Shown: positions 25,644-35,324, numbered from the stretch's first letter. The stretch is 64,000 bases of DNA from Candidatus Thorarchaeota archaeon (GCA_048882045.1 JBHLRZ010000003.1:136192-200191), one strand, 5' to 3'. Notes: generated by a model from the letters alone, not told the origin. Translations and numbers: made by a program.

Positions 25644-26126
25644 ATGTTAAAGATAGGTGACAAAGCACCAGATTTCACAACGACCACAGAAAGTGGGGAA
25701 AAAGTGAAGCTTAGTGGTTTGAAAGGAAAGAAGATCTTTCTCTATTTCTACCCAAAAGACAACACACCAGGATGTCAGGCTGAAGCTTGTTCTATTAGAG
25801 ACAACTTCGAAGTCTTTGAGAAATCAGACATTCCAGTGTTTGGAGTTTCAGGTGGAACAGCGAAGTCGCATAAAAGTTTCAAAGAGAAGAACGACCTACC
25901 ATTTCCACTGTTGATGGATGAAGAGTTCGAGATAGCCAAGCTCTATGGTGTCTACATAAAGAAAAGCATGTATGGCAAAGAGTACATGGGCATCGACCGC
26001 ACGACTTTCCTGATCGATGAGAAAGGACTTGTGGAGGGAATCTTTGGTGGCCCAGAGGGAATCGAGAAGGTCAAGACCAAGGAACATGCAGACCAAGTCA
26101 TCAAATTCTGGGACCTCAAGCTGTAG
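25644..26126 (+). CDS. bcp: Peroxiredoxin, Bcp/PrxQ family (copy 1)
   Basis: YFYPKDNTPGCQAEAC, RTTFLID. Confidence 0.93.
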   Translation: MLKIGDKAPDFTTTTESGEKVKLSGLKGKKIFLYFYPKDNTPGCQAEACSIRDNFEVFEKSDIPVFGVSGGTAKSHKSFKEKNDLPFPLLMDEEFEIAKLYGVYIKKSMYGKEYMGIDRTTFLIDEKGLVEGIFGGPEGIEKVKTKEHADQVIKFWDLKL

Positions 26127-26137
26127 AGGAACTTGTA

Positions 26138-26611
26138 ATGCTAAAAGTAGGCGATATCGCTCCAGATTTCGAAACCGTCGACGACGAAGGTAATCCATTC
26201 AAACTCAGTGACTTCAGAGGAAAAAAAATAGTGCTCTATTTCTATCCCAAGGACCTCACCCCAGGTTGTACTGCGGAAGCCTGCTCCATTAGAGACAGCT
26301 ACACACTCTTCGAGGGTTCAGATATTCCGATCTTCGGTATCTCTGGTGGCACTGCAGAAGTCCATCAAAAGTTTAGAGGGAAGTACAAACTCCCCTTCAA
26401 CATTTTAATGGATGAGGACCTTGAGATAGCCAAACTCTACGGAGCATATAGCAGACTGAATATCCTAGGGATGGGAGTCAAGAGGATCACTTTCCTCTTA
26501 GACGAGGAAAGTAAGGTCGAAGGTATTTTCGGAGGGTCAGAAGGTGAAGATCGGGTCCGTTCAAAAGAGCATGCAGACCAAATTGCGAGCTTCTGGGGTC
26601 TGAAACTTTAG
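26138..26611 (+). CDS. bcp: Peroxiredoxin, Bcp/PrxQ family (copy 2)
   Basis: YFYPKDLTPGCTAEAC, RITFLLD. Confidence 0.93.
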   Translation: MLKVGDIAPDFETVDDEGNPFKLSDFRGKKIVLYFYPKDLTPGCTAEACSIRDSYTLFEGSDIPIFGISGGTAEVHQKFRGKYKLPFNILMDEDLEIAKLYGAYSRLNILGMGVKRITFLLDEESKVEGIFGGSEGEDRVRSKEHADQIASFWGLKL

Positions 26612-26666
26612 AATACTGGATTATTTATCTAAAAGCCCTCTGATTGGTCGCTGAGGGAATTTTCTC

Positions 26667-27041
26667 TTGAGTGAAAGGAATAAAGAAATTCTGAAGGAAT
26701 ACATCGAGAGAGTATGGAACAACGGAGATGTATCTGTAATTGAGCAATATGCACATCCGGACTGGTTCTCAAAAGGACTGAGACTGGATGGCACACTGGA
26801 AGGTTATGATGGGATCAGACAGAATGTTCTCACTACAAGAGAAGCTTTGAAAAATCTCAAGATAGCTTTCAAGGACATCATCGGAGAGGGGAACAAAGTT
26901 GCCAGTCGGATTGTAATTACTGGAATCAATTCTGAAACTGGTAAGAAAGTCTATGTTGATGAATTGATGATTCACGAGTTTGTTGATGGCAAGGTCAAGA
27001 GAGTCTGGTCGATGGGATCTGAACAGAAGGAGTTGGACTAG
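26667..27041 (+). CDS. SnoaL-like (NTF2-fold) ester cyclase family protein
   Basis: NKEILKEYIERVWNNGD, DIIGEGNKVA, FVDGKV. Confidence 0.8.
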   Translation: MSERNKEILKEYIERVWNNGDVSVIEQYAHPDWFSKGLRLDGTLEGYDGIRQNVLTTREALKNLKIAFKDIIGEGNKVASRIVITGINSETGKKVYVDELMIHEFVDGKVKRVWSMGSEQKELD

Positions 27042-27772
27042 CGTTCTCTACGAGGTTTTCCGACACTACTCATGTAGATGACACTCTCTTCATCTGGCTC
27101 GAGTCCAAGGAGTCTATTGAGGTCATCATCGTAAAGAGCCCCTATCTGACAACTGCCTAGTCCAAGACCCTGAGCTGCCAGTGCTAGGTTCTGCGCGATG
27201 TGAGCTGCATCCAGAAACATGTATCGATATGCCCTCTGGAGATACTTCCACTTTGACCTCTGAAGTACTGCACTCCAAATGAAGACAACTGATGCACGCT
27301 CAGCAACCTGCTGATCCAACGCTCCGTCTTTGACCTCCTTTGCAAAGTTCCCTTCTTTCAAGAGTTCCAGTGCATGTCCTTCGACATTGTAATGATAGAG
27401 ACCAGTTTCTAATGAGTCAACTCTGTTCGCACAGAGATAGGTCTCAATCGGATACAGTGCACCTGCAGAAGGCGCTGTTCGTAGTCCATACTCCCCGATT
27501 CGTGCTGTGAGCCCTTGCGTCGCCCACAAGATCTGAGACAGATCTTCAAGACAAATTGGGTCCAATGTATAAGCACGTATACTCCGTCGGGTCCTCATCG
27601 TTTCCCAGAGACCAGGACCGTCTGTTACATCAGGAGCAGGAAGCTCAATCCGTCTTGCAGAAGGATAGGTCTTGTAGGTAGGGGGTTTTGTCGAGTAGTC
27701 GAGGTAGTGCCCAGGTAGCTTGCCTCGCTCGTATTTTGTTGATTTGAGAAAGTCATCTCCAACTCCAGACAT
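27038..27772 (-). CDS. SagB/ThcOx-type nitroreductase-family FMN dehydrogenase
   Basis: RRSIRAY, RTAPSAGALYPIETY, RAYRYMFLDAAHIAQN. Confidence 0.9.
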   Translation of the reverse strand: MSGVGDDFLKSTKYERGKLPGHYLDYSTKPPTYKTYPSARRIELPAPDVTDGPGLWETMRTRRSIRAYTLDPICLEDLSQILWATQGLTARIGEYGLRTAPSAGALYPIETYLCANRVDSLETGLYHYNVEGHALELLKEGNFAKEVKDGALDQQVAERASVVFIWSAVLQRSKWKYLQRAYRYMFLDAAHIAQNLALAAQGLGLGSCQIGALYDDDLNRLLGLEPDEESVIYMSSVGKPRRER

Positions 27773-27916
27773 GGTTACACATTGTGTCTATCAGTTATCA
27801 ATGAGTTGATTGGGATGTAACCAGAAAGCATAGACTTTAATGATGGCTTTGAGCAGCCCGAACCTGCTTGACAGGCCTGTATAGCCTGGTCTACGAATTC
27901 CTAGGAGCCCAATATA

Positions 27917-29278
27917 ATGTCTGAAGAAAAGCTCTCTGTAGAAGAGTTGAAGAAAAAGGCAGAGAAACCCGGAAAAGACGCTATGGTCCTTCATCCGTTC
28001 TACCAAGGAAAGATTCAGTCCATTGGTAAAGCCCCGGTTCGTGATTTCTCTGACTTTGCGATATGGTATACTCCTGGTGTGGCAAAACCATGCCTGGACA
28101 TCAAAGACAATCCCGATATGGCCTATGAGCATCTTAACAAGGGAAACATGGTTGCAGTCGTGAGCGACGGTACTCGTGTTCTCGGTCTTGGTGACATAGG
28201 TCCACTGGCAGCTGGACCTGTCATGGAAGGGAAATCAATTCTGTTCAAATACCTCGGTGGTGTGGATGCATGGCCTGTCTGTGTCGACACAAAGGACGCA
28301 GACAAGATCATCGAGTTTGTCAAACTTCTCCAGCCATCATTTGGAGGGATTAACCTTGAGGACATCTCCAAGCCTAAGTGCTACAAGGTCCTAGAAGAAC
28401 TAAGGAGCAACCCAGAAGTAAAGATACCAGTTTGGCATGATGACGCCCAGGGTACTGCTACAGTAGTACTTGCAGGTGTGATTGGGGGCTTGAATGTTGT
28501 AAAGAAGGATATCGAGAATGTGACAGTAGCTATGTTGGGAGTTGGCGCAGCCAACACAAGAACTGCGTATCTTCTCATAGCAGCTGGTGTTGATCCAAAG
28601 AATATCATCATGGTAGACAGTAAAGGTGCAATCTATGCAGATCGTGAAGACATTGTGAAGGATAAGGACTACGACACTTTCAAGTATGACTTAGCCCAGA
28701 AGACCAACCCAGACAGGATGACAGGAGACCTAGGGGAGGTTATTGAAGGGATGGATGTGCTCATCACAGCATCTAGACCCATTCCAGGTTCAGTGAAGAA
28801 AGAATGGGTATCAAAGATGGCTAATGACTCTATAGTCTACGCATGTGCAAATCCACTACCTGAAATTTGGCCATGGGATGCTATAGAGGCTGGTGCACGC
28901 ATCGTTGGAACTGGTCGTTCAGACTTTGACAACCAGATCAACAACTCACTCGGATTCCCAGGCATCTTCCGTGGTACACTTGACGTGAGGGCAAGTACAA
29001 TCACTGATGAGATGTGTATCGCAGCTGCTCAGGCTCTTGCTGATCTTGGTGCGAAGGAAGCCAACGTGCGAAAGGTCATCCCAACAATGGACCAGTGGGA
29101 ACTGTATCCTGCTGAAGCAACGGCAGTTGGTATGAAAGCTATAGAGCAGGGGATTGCCAAGAAACAATGGGAGGAGAAGGAACTCTACAAGCATGCAGAG
29201 GAAATCATCAGACGTGCCCGTGGTGGTTCAGAGCTCCTCTATGAGAAGGGCTTCATTCCCAAGGCACCAGAAACATAG
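27917..29278 (+). CDS. mae: NAD(P)-dependent malic enzyme
   Basis: YTPGVA, SDGTRVLGLGDIG, VMEGK, INLEDI, HDDAQGT, TGRSDFDNQINN. Confidence 0.95.
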   Translation: MSEEKLSVEELKKKAEKPGKDAMVLHPFYQGKIQSIGKAPVRDFSDFAIWYTPGVAKPCLDIKDNPDMAYEHLNKGNMVAVVSDGTRVLGLGDIGPLAAGPVMEGKSILFKYLGGVDAWPVCVDTKDADKIIEFVKLLQPSFGGINLEDISKPKCYKVLEELRSNPEVKIPVWHDDAQGTATVVLAGVIGGLNVVKKDIENVTVAMLGVGAANTRTAYLLIAAGVDPKNIIMVDSKGAIYADREDIVKDKDYDTFKYDLAQKTNPDRMTGDLGEVIEGMDVLITASRPIPGSVKKEWVSKMANDSIVYACANPLPEIWPWDAIEAGARIVGTGRSDFDNQINNSLGFPGIFRGTLDVRASTITDEMCIAAAQALADLGAKEANVRKVIPTMDQWELYPAEATAVGMKAIEQGIAKKQWEEKELYKHAEEIIRRARGGSELLYEKGFIPKAPET

Positions 29279-29293
29279 ACAGTAATAGATGAA

Positions 29294-29328
29294 AAGCGGC
29301 GTTGCCGCCGCTTCCTCAATTTCTTTTT
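29294..29328 (+). terminator. Hairpin plus pyrimidine tract after the malic enzyme gene
   Basis: AAGCGGCG-ttgc-CGCCGCTT followed by CCTCAATTTCTTTTT. Confidence 0.6.
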
Positions 29329-29433
29329 GCCTCAATCATGGGGCGTATTATATCTCAAGGTAACAATCAATTGCGCTAGATTATTAAGACGCAAAATAAG
29401 ACTCCGGAAACTCAATGAATTGGTGACCCAAAC

Positions 29434-30537
29434 ATGTCCTATGACAAGTGTGTACGCTGTGGAGCATGTCTACAGTTCTGTCCAATGTTCGATGCTACCG
29501 GTGAAGAGCAGTACTCTCCCCGTGGGAAAGCATACCTTCTCCAGGTAATGGACCAAATCGAAGACGACGAGGAGCTAGCCAAAGAGTTTAGACGACTCCT
29601 CTTCGAGTGTACGATGTGTGGAAGGTGTGAGGAGCAGTGTGCTTCTGGAGTCGACCTGCTCAAGGTATGGCATGAACAGCGTGCAAAGGCCATCGAAACT
29701 GCACCAGAAGAATTTGAGTATCTGGAACCACTAAAAGATGCACTAGCAAACGTGAAGAACATCTATGGTCTCGCTGAGGAGGACAGAGCCATTTATTGGC
29801 TCGATGAGCTCGAGGATGAGATTCCGGGACTTGAGGACAGAGTCTACGAGAAAGGGAAAACAGCAGAAAATATGATCTTCCTCGGTTGTCTCATGTCGTT
29901 CAGAGCTAACCAGATTGATGTCCTCAGATCACTGTTTCAGACACTCGAAAAGCTTGATGTCGACTATCTTGTAATGGGAGCTGAAGAGAACTGCTGTGGA
30001 CATCCACTATATCTCATGGGAGATGACGAAGGAGCTGAGAAACTCAGAGAGCACAACAAGAGTGTCATTGAATCAGCACAGGCAAAGAATGTCATCACCT
30101 GCTGTCCGGGATGTCTTATTCAGCTCAGGGAACACCATAATTTGAAGAAGACAGAGGCCCTGCATCACACTCAGTTCTTCGACAGACTGATTGATGGATC
30201 ACATAGGTACAATCAGACAGAGAAGTTCTCATATCACGATCCATGCGAACTCCACAGAATTCTAGGGATCAAGACAGAACCTAGGTCACTCATCAACAAG
30301 ATGGGAATCGAGTTCAAAGAGATGGACCTTTCCTGTTGTGGGGGTGGGGGTCTCTTGAGGATGACCGATCCAAACCTGAGTGACAAGATCATGCAGTTGA
30401 GAGCAGCAAGGGAAGGAGTCAAACATACGACTGTGATAACAGCATGTCCTTCTTGCAGAGAACAACTCCTTGGCCAAGAATTGAAGACAAAAGACATCGT
30501 GGAACTTCTGTCTGACACAATGGGAGGTGCTGAGTAG
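29434..30537 (+). CDS. Fe-S oxidoreductase, HdrD/GlcF type (2x[4Fe-4S] plus two CCG domains)
   Basis: CVRCGACLQFCP, CTMCGRCEEQC, NCCG, YHDPC, SCCGGGG. Confidence 0.9.
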   Translation: MSYDKCVRCGACLQFCPMFDATGEEQYSPRGKAYLLQVMDQIEDDEELAKEFRRLLFECTMCGRCEEQCASGVDLLKVWHEQRAKAIETAPEEFEYLEPLKDALANVKNIYGLAEEDRAIYWLDELEDEIPGLEDRVYEKGKTAENMIFLGCLMSFRANQIDVLRSLFQTLEKLDVDYLVMGAEENCCGHPLYLMGDDEGAEKLREHNKSVIESAQAKNVITCCPGCLIQLREHHNLKKTEALHHTQFFDRLIDGSHRYNQTEKFSYHDPCELHRILGIKTEPRSLINKMGIEFKEMDLSCCGGGGLLRMTDPNLSDKIMQLRAAREGVKHTTVITACPSCREQLLGQELKTKDIVELLSDTMGGAE

Positions 30538-31876
30538 AATGAAAATCAGAGATGTGGTCATTGGTGCCAACGCCAGTATGTACTACAAGCTCAACTTCCG
30601 TAAGATAAAGGGAGTCTATTATCCGCGAAATACGCAAGAGGTCGTCGCAGCAATAAGACATGCGCAGAGTAACGGATTCACTGTGACACCAAAGGGTGGA
30701 GGTTCTGGACTGAGTGGTGCTTGTACTGGAGGAAATGATGAACGTGTCATGATCAGCTCGCTTCAGATGAAAGACGTACTGACCGTATCCAAAGATCAAG
30801 GCTACATGGATGTCCAACCCGGGATTATCATTGACAAGATCAACGAGTTCCTCGATCCAATGGGAATGCGTTTCTACGTTGCACCCAGCAGCAGAGACAC
30901 TGCAACCGCAGCAGGAGTCCTCAGTACCGATGGTGGAGGAAATGATACTTGGGTGAATGGGACCATGAGAGATAACACAATTCGTGTCCAGTTGGTTCTC
31001 TATGATGGCCGCCTTATTATGGTTGATTCAGAAGGGGTCAAGAGTAGCGACAAAACTCTCGAAGCTCGACTCAATGACATTGGTGTCACACTGCACGATG
31101 TAGCAAGTTCTCATGGTACCCTTGGCTTCATAACAGAGTTGCGGCTCCGAATTAGACCTAAGTTCACAGAAACCCTCGTAGGAGGGCTCGTTGAGTTCTC
31201 AGAGTGCAATGCTCTTGGAAAGACACTTACTGACATGATTGAGAGAAATAGCCCTATCAGATATGGTGAAGCAATCACTATTGCCCACGACGATGTACGT
31301 GAAGGATTCGATCCACCATTACTCATCCTAGAGTTCCCAAAGGACAATATCGATGACATAAAAGACATCACTGATTACAAACCTCTTGATGCCAAAGAAC
31401 TGGCAAGAATGAAAGACATCAGAATCAAACTACCAAAGCGGAATCCCACTGAAGGAGTTCAGTTCGCTCTCTTTGAAGGATATGGTTTCCATGGTGATAG
31501 TCTGTTGAATCTTCAAGACAGCCTCAACGAGATCGAAGCCCTTCTCAATAGTCATGATATGGCACCCTTTGCAAAGTACGGTCATGGTCCAAGCAAGTGG
31601 TACCTTGGCGATAATACACCAACCTATGGGCTCATTCTACACTCGAGAGAGATCAGACCTGAGGGCAGAACTGGTGAGGAAATGCTCAATGTTGTGCTGG
31701 AGATTGTGGACAAGTGCGACGAGTTAGGAGTCACGCCAAAGCCAGAGCATAAATGGCCCTTCTCAGACGTTGACAAGAAGAAGAGACTTGAGGAGATCAG
31801 GCGGGTCATCGGTGAAGGATTCAATCCGTTCTTGCTCTCTCCAGAATGTAATGATGTGCTAGGCTCAATGGTTTGA
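30527..31876 (+). CDS. FAD-binding oxidoreductase (GlcD/D-lactate dehydrogenase-like)
   Basis: PKGGGSGLSG, APSS, SSHGTLGFITE, C-terminal PEH; overlaps the Fe-S partner gene. Confidence 0.8.
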   Translation: MLSRMKIRDVVIGANASMYYKLNFRKIKGVYYPRNTQEVVAAIRHAQSNGFTVTPKGGGSGLSGACTGGNDERVMISSLQMKDVLTVSKDQGYMDVQPGIIIDKINEFLDPMGMRFYVAPSSRDTATAAGVLSTDGGGNDTWVNGTMRDNTIRVQLVLYDGRLIMVDSEGVKSSDKTLEARLNDIGVTLHDVASSHGTLGFITELRLRIRPKFTETLVGGLVEFSECNALGKTLTDMIERNSPIRYGEAITIAHDDVREGFDPPLLILEFPKDNIDDIKDITDYKPLDAKELARMKDIRIKLPKRNPTEGVQFALFEGYGFHGDSLLNLQDSLNEIEALLNSHDMAPFAKYGHGPSKWYLGDNTPTYGLILHSREIRPEGRTGEEMLNVVLEIVDKCDELGVTPKPEHKWPFSDVDKKKRLEEIRRVIGEGFNPFLLSPECNDVLGSMV

Positions 31877-32368
31877 GAGTTGTTCTGCCAAGAAAGTAGC
31901 AACTGCTACACGATCAAAGGGCCAGGCATATCTGATTGACACACTTGGATAGCGTTCCTGTGCATTTTTGATAGACTTGGGTATGTCAACAGATGAATGT
32001 TCTCCACCAGGAGTCATCATTGGTGTAATGACAATGATGTCCTTGTTCCCAGATTGTACTGCTATTTCAAGAGCTTTGTCAATACTTGGATTGCAGAACT
32101 CATTGAATCCAACAAGTACTTCATTACCAGTGATACGACTCACCTCCTCAGCAAGTCTCAGCGACGCATCCCAGAACGGATCATTCTCTACAGTCCGTGG
32201 CCACTCACGCATCTTGTTATGGAGGTATTCATGTTTCTCCTGCATTATCTGAGGCATTTCATCTGGTCCCAAGTCGTGCATCATATGAAGTTTGAAAAAA
32301 TCAACGAGGTCTGAACGAGGATAATCTTTCGGAGGTGCACCATGCATTGCGAGGATGATTGTTGGCAT
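31865..32368 (-). CDS. cbiX: CbiX/SirB-family class II chelatase (small form)
   Basis: LAMHG, GFNEFCNPSI, PMMTPGGEHSSVDIP. Confidence 0.8.
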   Translation of the reverse strand: MPTIILAMHGAPPKDYPRSDLVDFFKLHMMHDLGPDEMPQIMQEKHEYLHNKMREWPRTVENDPFWDASLRLAEEVSRITGNEVLVGFNEFCNPSIDKALEIAVQSGNKDIIVITPMMTPGGEHSSVDIPKSIKNAQERYPSVSIRYAWPFDRVAVATFLAEQLSNH

Positions 32369-32532
32369 ATGAATCCACTAAAATTATGCAAAATCTGACT
32401 CAGGTATATGATTTGTGATGTATGACTTTCAAAACAGTCTGAAAGTATCTTCTGTAGCACTCTTACTGGAAGAATACTTTCGGCCATGTCTCTTCGGGGG
32501 TTTATATAGTATCATTCTGTGACGAATTACTG

Positions 32533-33675
32533 ATGAGAATGGTTCGTGCACATCGTAGCCCCAAGGGTCTCTTCGACCCAATGTACGTCCCGGACAAACT
32601 TCTACATAGAGACCGTGAGCTCGATAACATCAATGGGATGTATCGCGACTCCTATGAAGAGGAGTACGGAGTCAATTGCCTCGTGCATGGGATAACAGGT
32701 GTGGGAATGACTGTCTTCTCACGTTACTTTCTCACAAAGCTGGTCCCACAGCAGTTCGATGCTTATACGGTCTATGTGGATGCAAAACACAAGGACCCAC
32801 TAGAGATAGTTTCCGAGTTGAATGACAAGATACACAGAGAAGCCAACAAACCCATCACTGTTGCTTTCGATTTAGATGTGCTTTGGTTGCAGTTCAAGAG
32901 GACAGCCGCAGCCACTGAAAAGAAGACTGTGTTTGTCATTGACAACATCGATGAAACAAATGAAGAGGTTTACACAAAGGTCGCAAGGCTATCCAAGGAG
33001 ATAAGGGCGAGTACGATCGGTGTTCTCAACAGTCATGACTATCGACTGCTCACTAAACTACCGGCTACTCAGATGGCGTACGATTTTGAGATTCCTCTTG
33101 ACACCTATACCCAGTCTCAGCTTTATGACATAGTTAGAATGCGCGTGGAGGATACATTTCCGTTAGGCCTCACCGAAGAGGTGGTACGTTATATCACAGA
33201 CCTGGTTGTGGAGTTTGATGCATCCAAACCAAAGACCACAGTCGAGGCATTGAAGGCTCTATGGCCATTGGCTTCGGGTGGACAAGAGATTGACTCCGAT
33301 GCTGTCAGGAGTGCTACCATGTCAATCACTTCATTCGCACATGACAACGACTACATGGAGCTTATCGAAACAATCTCGATGAACGACTTCATGACACTAC
33401 TTGTGTTGGAGGCCATATGTGAGCACTTGATGAGGTACAAGACAGAAACCTACATCGACCGACAGACGCTGGAGGAAGTGGTCGAGGTGAAGTGTGAGGA
33501 GCTTAGTGTCAGGTATGCGCCGAATGACATTGACAAAAGTCTACAGACTCTCATATTCCAGAGTATCGTCTTTGAGAGTGGATACTCTAGGAACCTGCTC
33601 TATGTTCTTGCACCGCCTGAAATCATCTATGACGCAACAGTCGGTCTAAGACGTGAACTTGCTCGTAGAAAGTAA
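32533..33675 (+). CDS. cdc6: Orc1/Cdc6-family AAA+ paralog with degenerate ATPase motifs
   Basis: FDPMYVPDKLLHRDREL; Walker A GITGVGMT; Walker B IDNID; YTQSQLYDIVRMRV. Confidence 0.8.
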   Translation: MRMVRAHRSPKGLFDPMYVPDKLLHRDRELDNINGMYRDSYEEEYGVNCLVHGITGVGMTVFSRYFLTKLVPQQFDAYTVYVDAKHKDPLEIVSELNDKIHREANKPITVAFDLDVLWLQFKRTAAATEKKTVFVIDNIDETNEEVYTKVARLSKEIRASTIGVLNSHDYRLLTKLPATQMAYDFEIPLDTYTQSQLYDIVRMRVEDTFPLGLTEEVVRYITDLVVEFDASKPKTTVEALKALWPLASGGQEIDSDAVRSATMSITSFAHDNDYMELIETISMNDFMTLLVLEAICEHLMRYKTETYIDRQTLEEVVEVKCEELSVRYAPNDIDKSLQTLIFQSIVFESGYSRNLLYVLAPPEIIYDATVGLRRELARRK

Positions 33676-33687
33676 AAAGGATGGAAA

Positions 33688-33707
33688 GCGGCCGGAGATC
33701 CGGCCGT
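33688..33707. terminator. GC-rich hairpin between convergent cdc6-like and gcvH genes
   Basis: GCGGCCGG-agat-CCGGCCGT. Confidence 0.5.
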
Positions 33708-33720
33708 TCATTTGGATTGA

Positions 33721-34146
33721 TTATGCAGATTTCTTCTCTGCGAACTCTTTCTTGATCCAGTCATCAAGACCAGATGCACCCTGAAGGTTGGCTAGGTCTC
33801 CATCCAGATTGTCAGGATTCAGGACAGCAATCCAACCTGCTCCATATGGGTCTTCATTGAGAAGTCCAGGATTGTCCTTGAGCGAGTCATTGACCTCTTC
33901 AATCACTCCGCCAACCGGAGCCTTGACAGGGCCAGTCCATTTTCCAGATTCAAGAGTGCCGATACTTCGTCCTGCAGCAATGGCTTTACCAGCAGGTCGG
34001 AGTCTGACAAACTTGATTTTACCTGCAAGATCCATTCCAAAGGTTGTGAAACCGATGCGAACCTTGCCGCCTTCGTTTTTCACCCAGATTTGGTCTTCAG
34101 TATAGTATAGATCGTCGGGGAAGTCAAAACCCTCGTAGTTTACCAT
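33721..34146 (-). CDS. gcvH: Glycine cleavage H-protein-like lipoyl carrier
   Basis: PDDLYY, LESGKW (lipoyl Lys), LLNEDPYGAGWI. Confidence 0.9.
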   Translation of the reverse strand: MVNYEGFDFPDDLYYTEDQIWVKNEGGKVRIGFTTFGMDLAGKIKFVRLRPAGKAIAAGRSIGTLESGKWTGPVKAPVGGVIEEVNDSLKDNPGLLNEDPYGAGWIAVLNPDNLDGDLANLQGASGLDDWIKKEFAEKKSA

Positions 34147-34216
34147 GGTGTAGTCACCTTGACTTTTGTCTGGATGACGCCTACTTAAGGCATTTGCTCT
34201 GGGTCAAAACTGTGTG

Positions 34217-34453
34217 TCAATCGGTTTTCGAGTCCCCATTCATAACTCGTCGCAGGTTCTCCGCCTCTTCTACATCGACTTCAACATATGTGGGACCCGA
34301 GTATCCACACTCTTTGTCCTCACAATAGTATGTTGTTGGAACGAGCCAGCCACTCACAGAAGTCTTGGCCTCGGCAATCCTTGAAGAGCCACACTTTGGA
34401 CATACCCTGATCTTTCGTGTCAACACAGAACCTTCTCCCGGCTTTGACAGCAT
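34217..34453 (-). CDS. Small zinc-ribbon protein (start may be TTG 34423)
   Basis: CPKCGS ... CEDKECGYSG. Confidence 0.7.
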   Translation of the reverse strand: MLSKPGEGSVLTRKIRVCPKCGSSRIAEAKTSVSGWLVPTTYYCEDKECGYSGPTYVEVDVEEAENLRRVMNGDSKTD

Positions 34454-34554
34454 ACCCCAGCTGATGTGACTTAAAACACTTACCGACCTAGGAAACCCTA
34501 CTTTCGTCCTTCTGGGGGTGGTTATATGATGTCATACTGAAACAAAGGCGTGAG

Positions 34555-35322
34555 ATGACACCTTCGAAGACACCCCTGAGACACGGATTTCATACAGCAG
34601 ATGAATTCAGGAGTATGAGAGCTGAATCAGGTGTGATGGCAATCGACACTCTTCTTGAAGGGGGAATCGAGTCGGGTCTAGTCCATCTCTTCTATGGTGA
34701 CAGGTGTCTTCACAACGACTTTCTACATTTTGCAGTGAAAGCTCTGACATTCAAGGTAAAGGGGGGACTTGAGAGTCCCACTATCATCATCGACAGTGCT
34801 AACATGGTTAAGGTTGAGCGTCTCTCTGAGCTAGCTTACCAGTTCAATCTCGAGCCTGAAGAGGTTCTCGATAACATCTACATCTCTAGAGCATTCAACT
34901 CCTCCCAAACCTACGACCTTGTGATGAATCAGATGGAGAACTTTCTGGACAAGATTCCTGCACGTGTTCTCATGATAACAGGCCTGCCCAACTTGTATCT
35001 AGAGGAGGGTCTAAAGGGAGAGGGCATCCAGGAGATATCGCATATGGCTTCGAGGATAGCTGCTGTGACTCTCCAGAGGTCTCTTTTCACCCTCATATCT
35101 GCTCCTGCATCAGTAAAGAATCCAAACTTTCCGGAGGGTGGACGGACCCTTTCAACATCAGCCCAAGTGCACGTTCAGGTAACCGACTCACCTTCTCGTA
35201 TAACGTACACACTTGCTAAGCATCCACAGTTTCCAGTTAAGCGTACAAACAAGGCAAAGACAGATCCTTCTGGCGATACTCTACCACTTTCATACTTTCT
35301 CAGAGGGGAGTCTGAGAGGTAG
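34555..35322 (+). CDS. RadA/RecA-fold paralog with degenerate Walker motifs
   Basis: IDTLLEGGIESG, IIIDSAN, PEEVLDNIYISRAFNSSQ, GGRTL; P-loop reads GDRCLHND. Confidence 0.8.
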   Translation: MTPSKTPLRHGFHTADEFRSMRAESGVMAIDTLLEGGIESGLVHLFYGDRCLHNDFLHFAVKALTFKVKGGLESPTIIIDSANMVKVERLSELAYQFNLEPEEVLDNIYISRAFNSSQTYDLVMNQMENFLDKIPARVLMITGLPNLYLEEGLKGEGIQEISHMASRIAAVTLQRSLFTLISAPASVKNPNFPEGGRTLSTSAQVHVQVTDSPSRITYTLAKHPQFPVKRTNKAKTDPSGDTLPLSYFLRGESER

Positions 35323-35324
35323 GT

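Noticed and set aside
27038-27772. SagB-type dehydrogenase as part of an azole RiPP cluster
   Set aside because: No YcaO or precursor nearby, it lies 18 kb from the rSAM locus, and stand-alone copies are common in archaea.
32440-32500. Inverted repeat and G-run upstream of the cdc6-like gene as a replication origin
   Set aside because: Only an imperfect AAAGTAT-CTTC/GAAGAATACTTT repeat; no full ORB consensus or repeated boxes, and the region is short.
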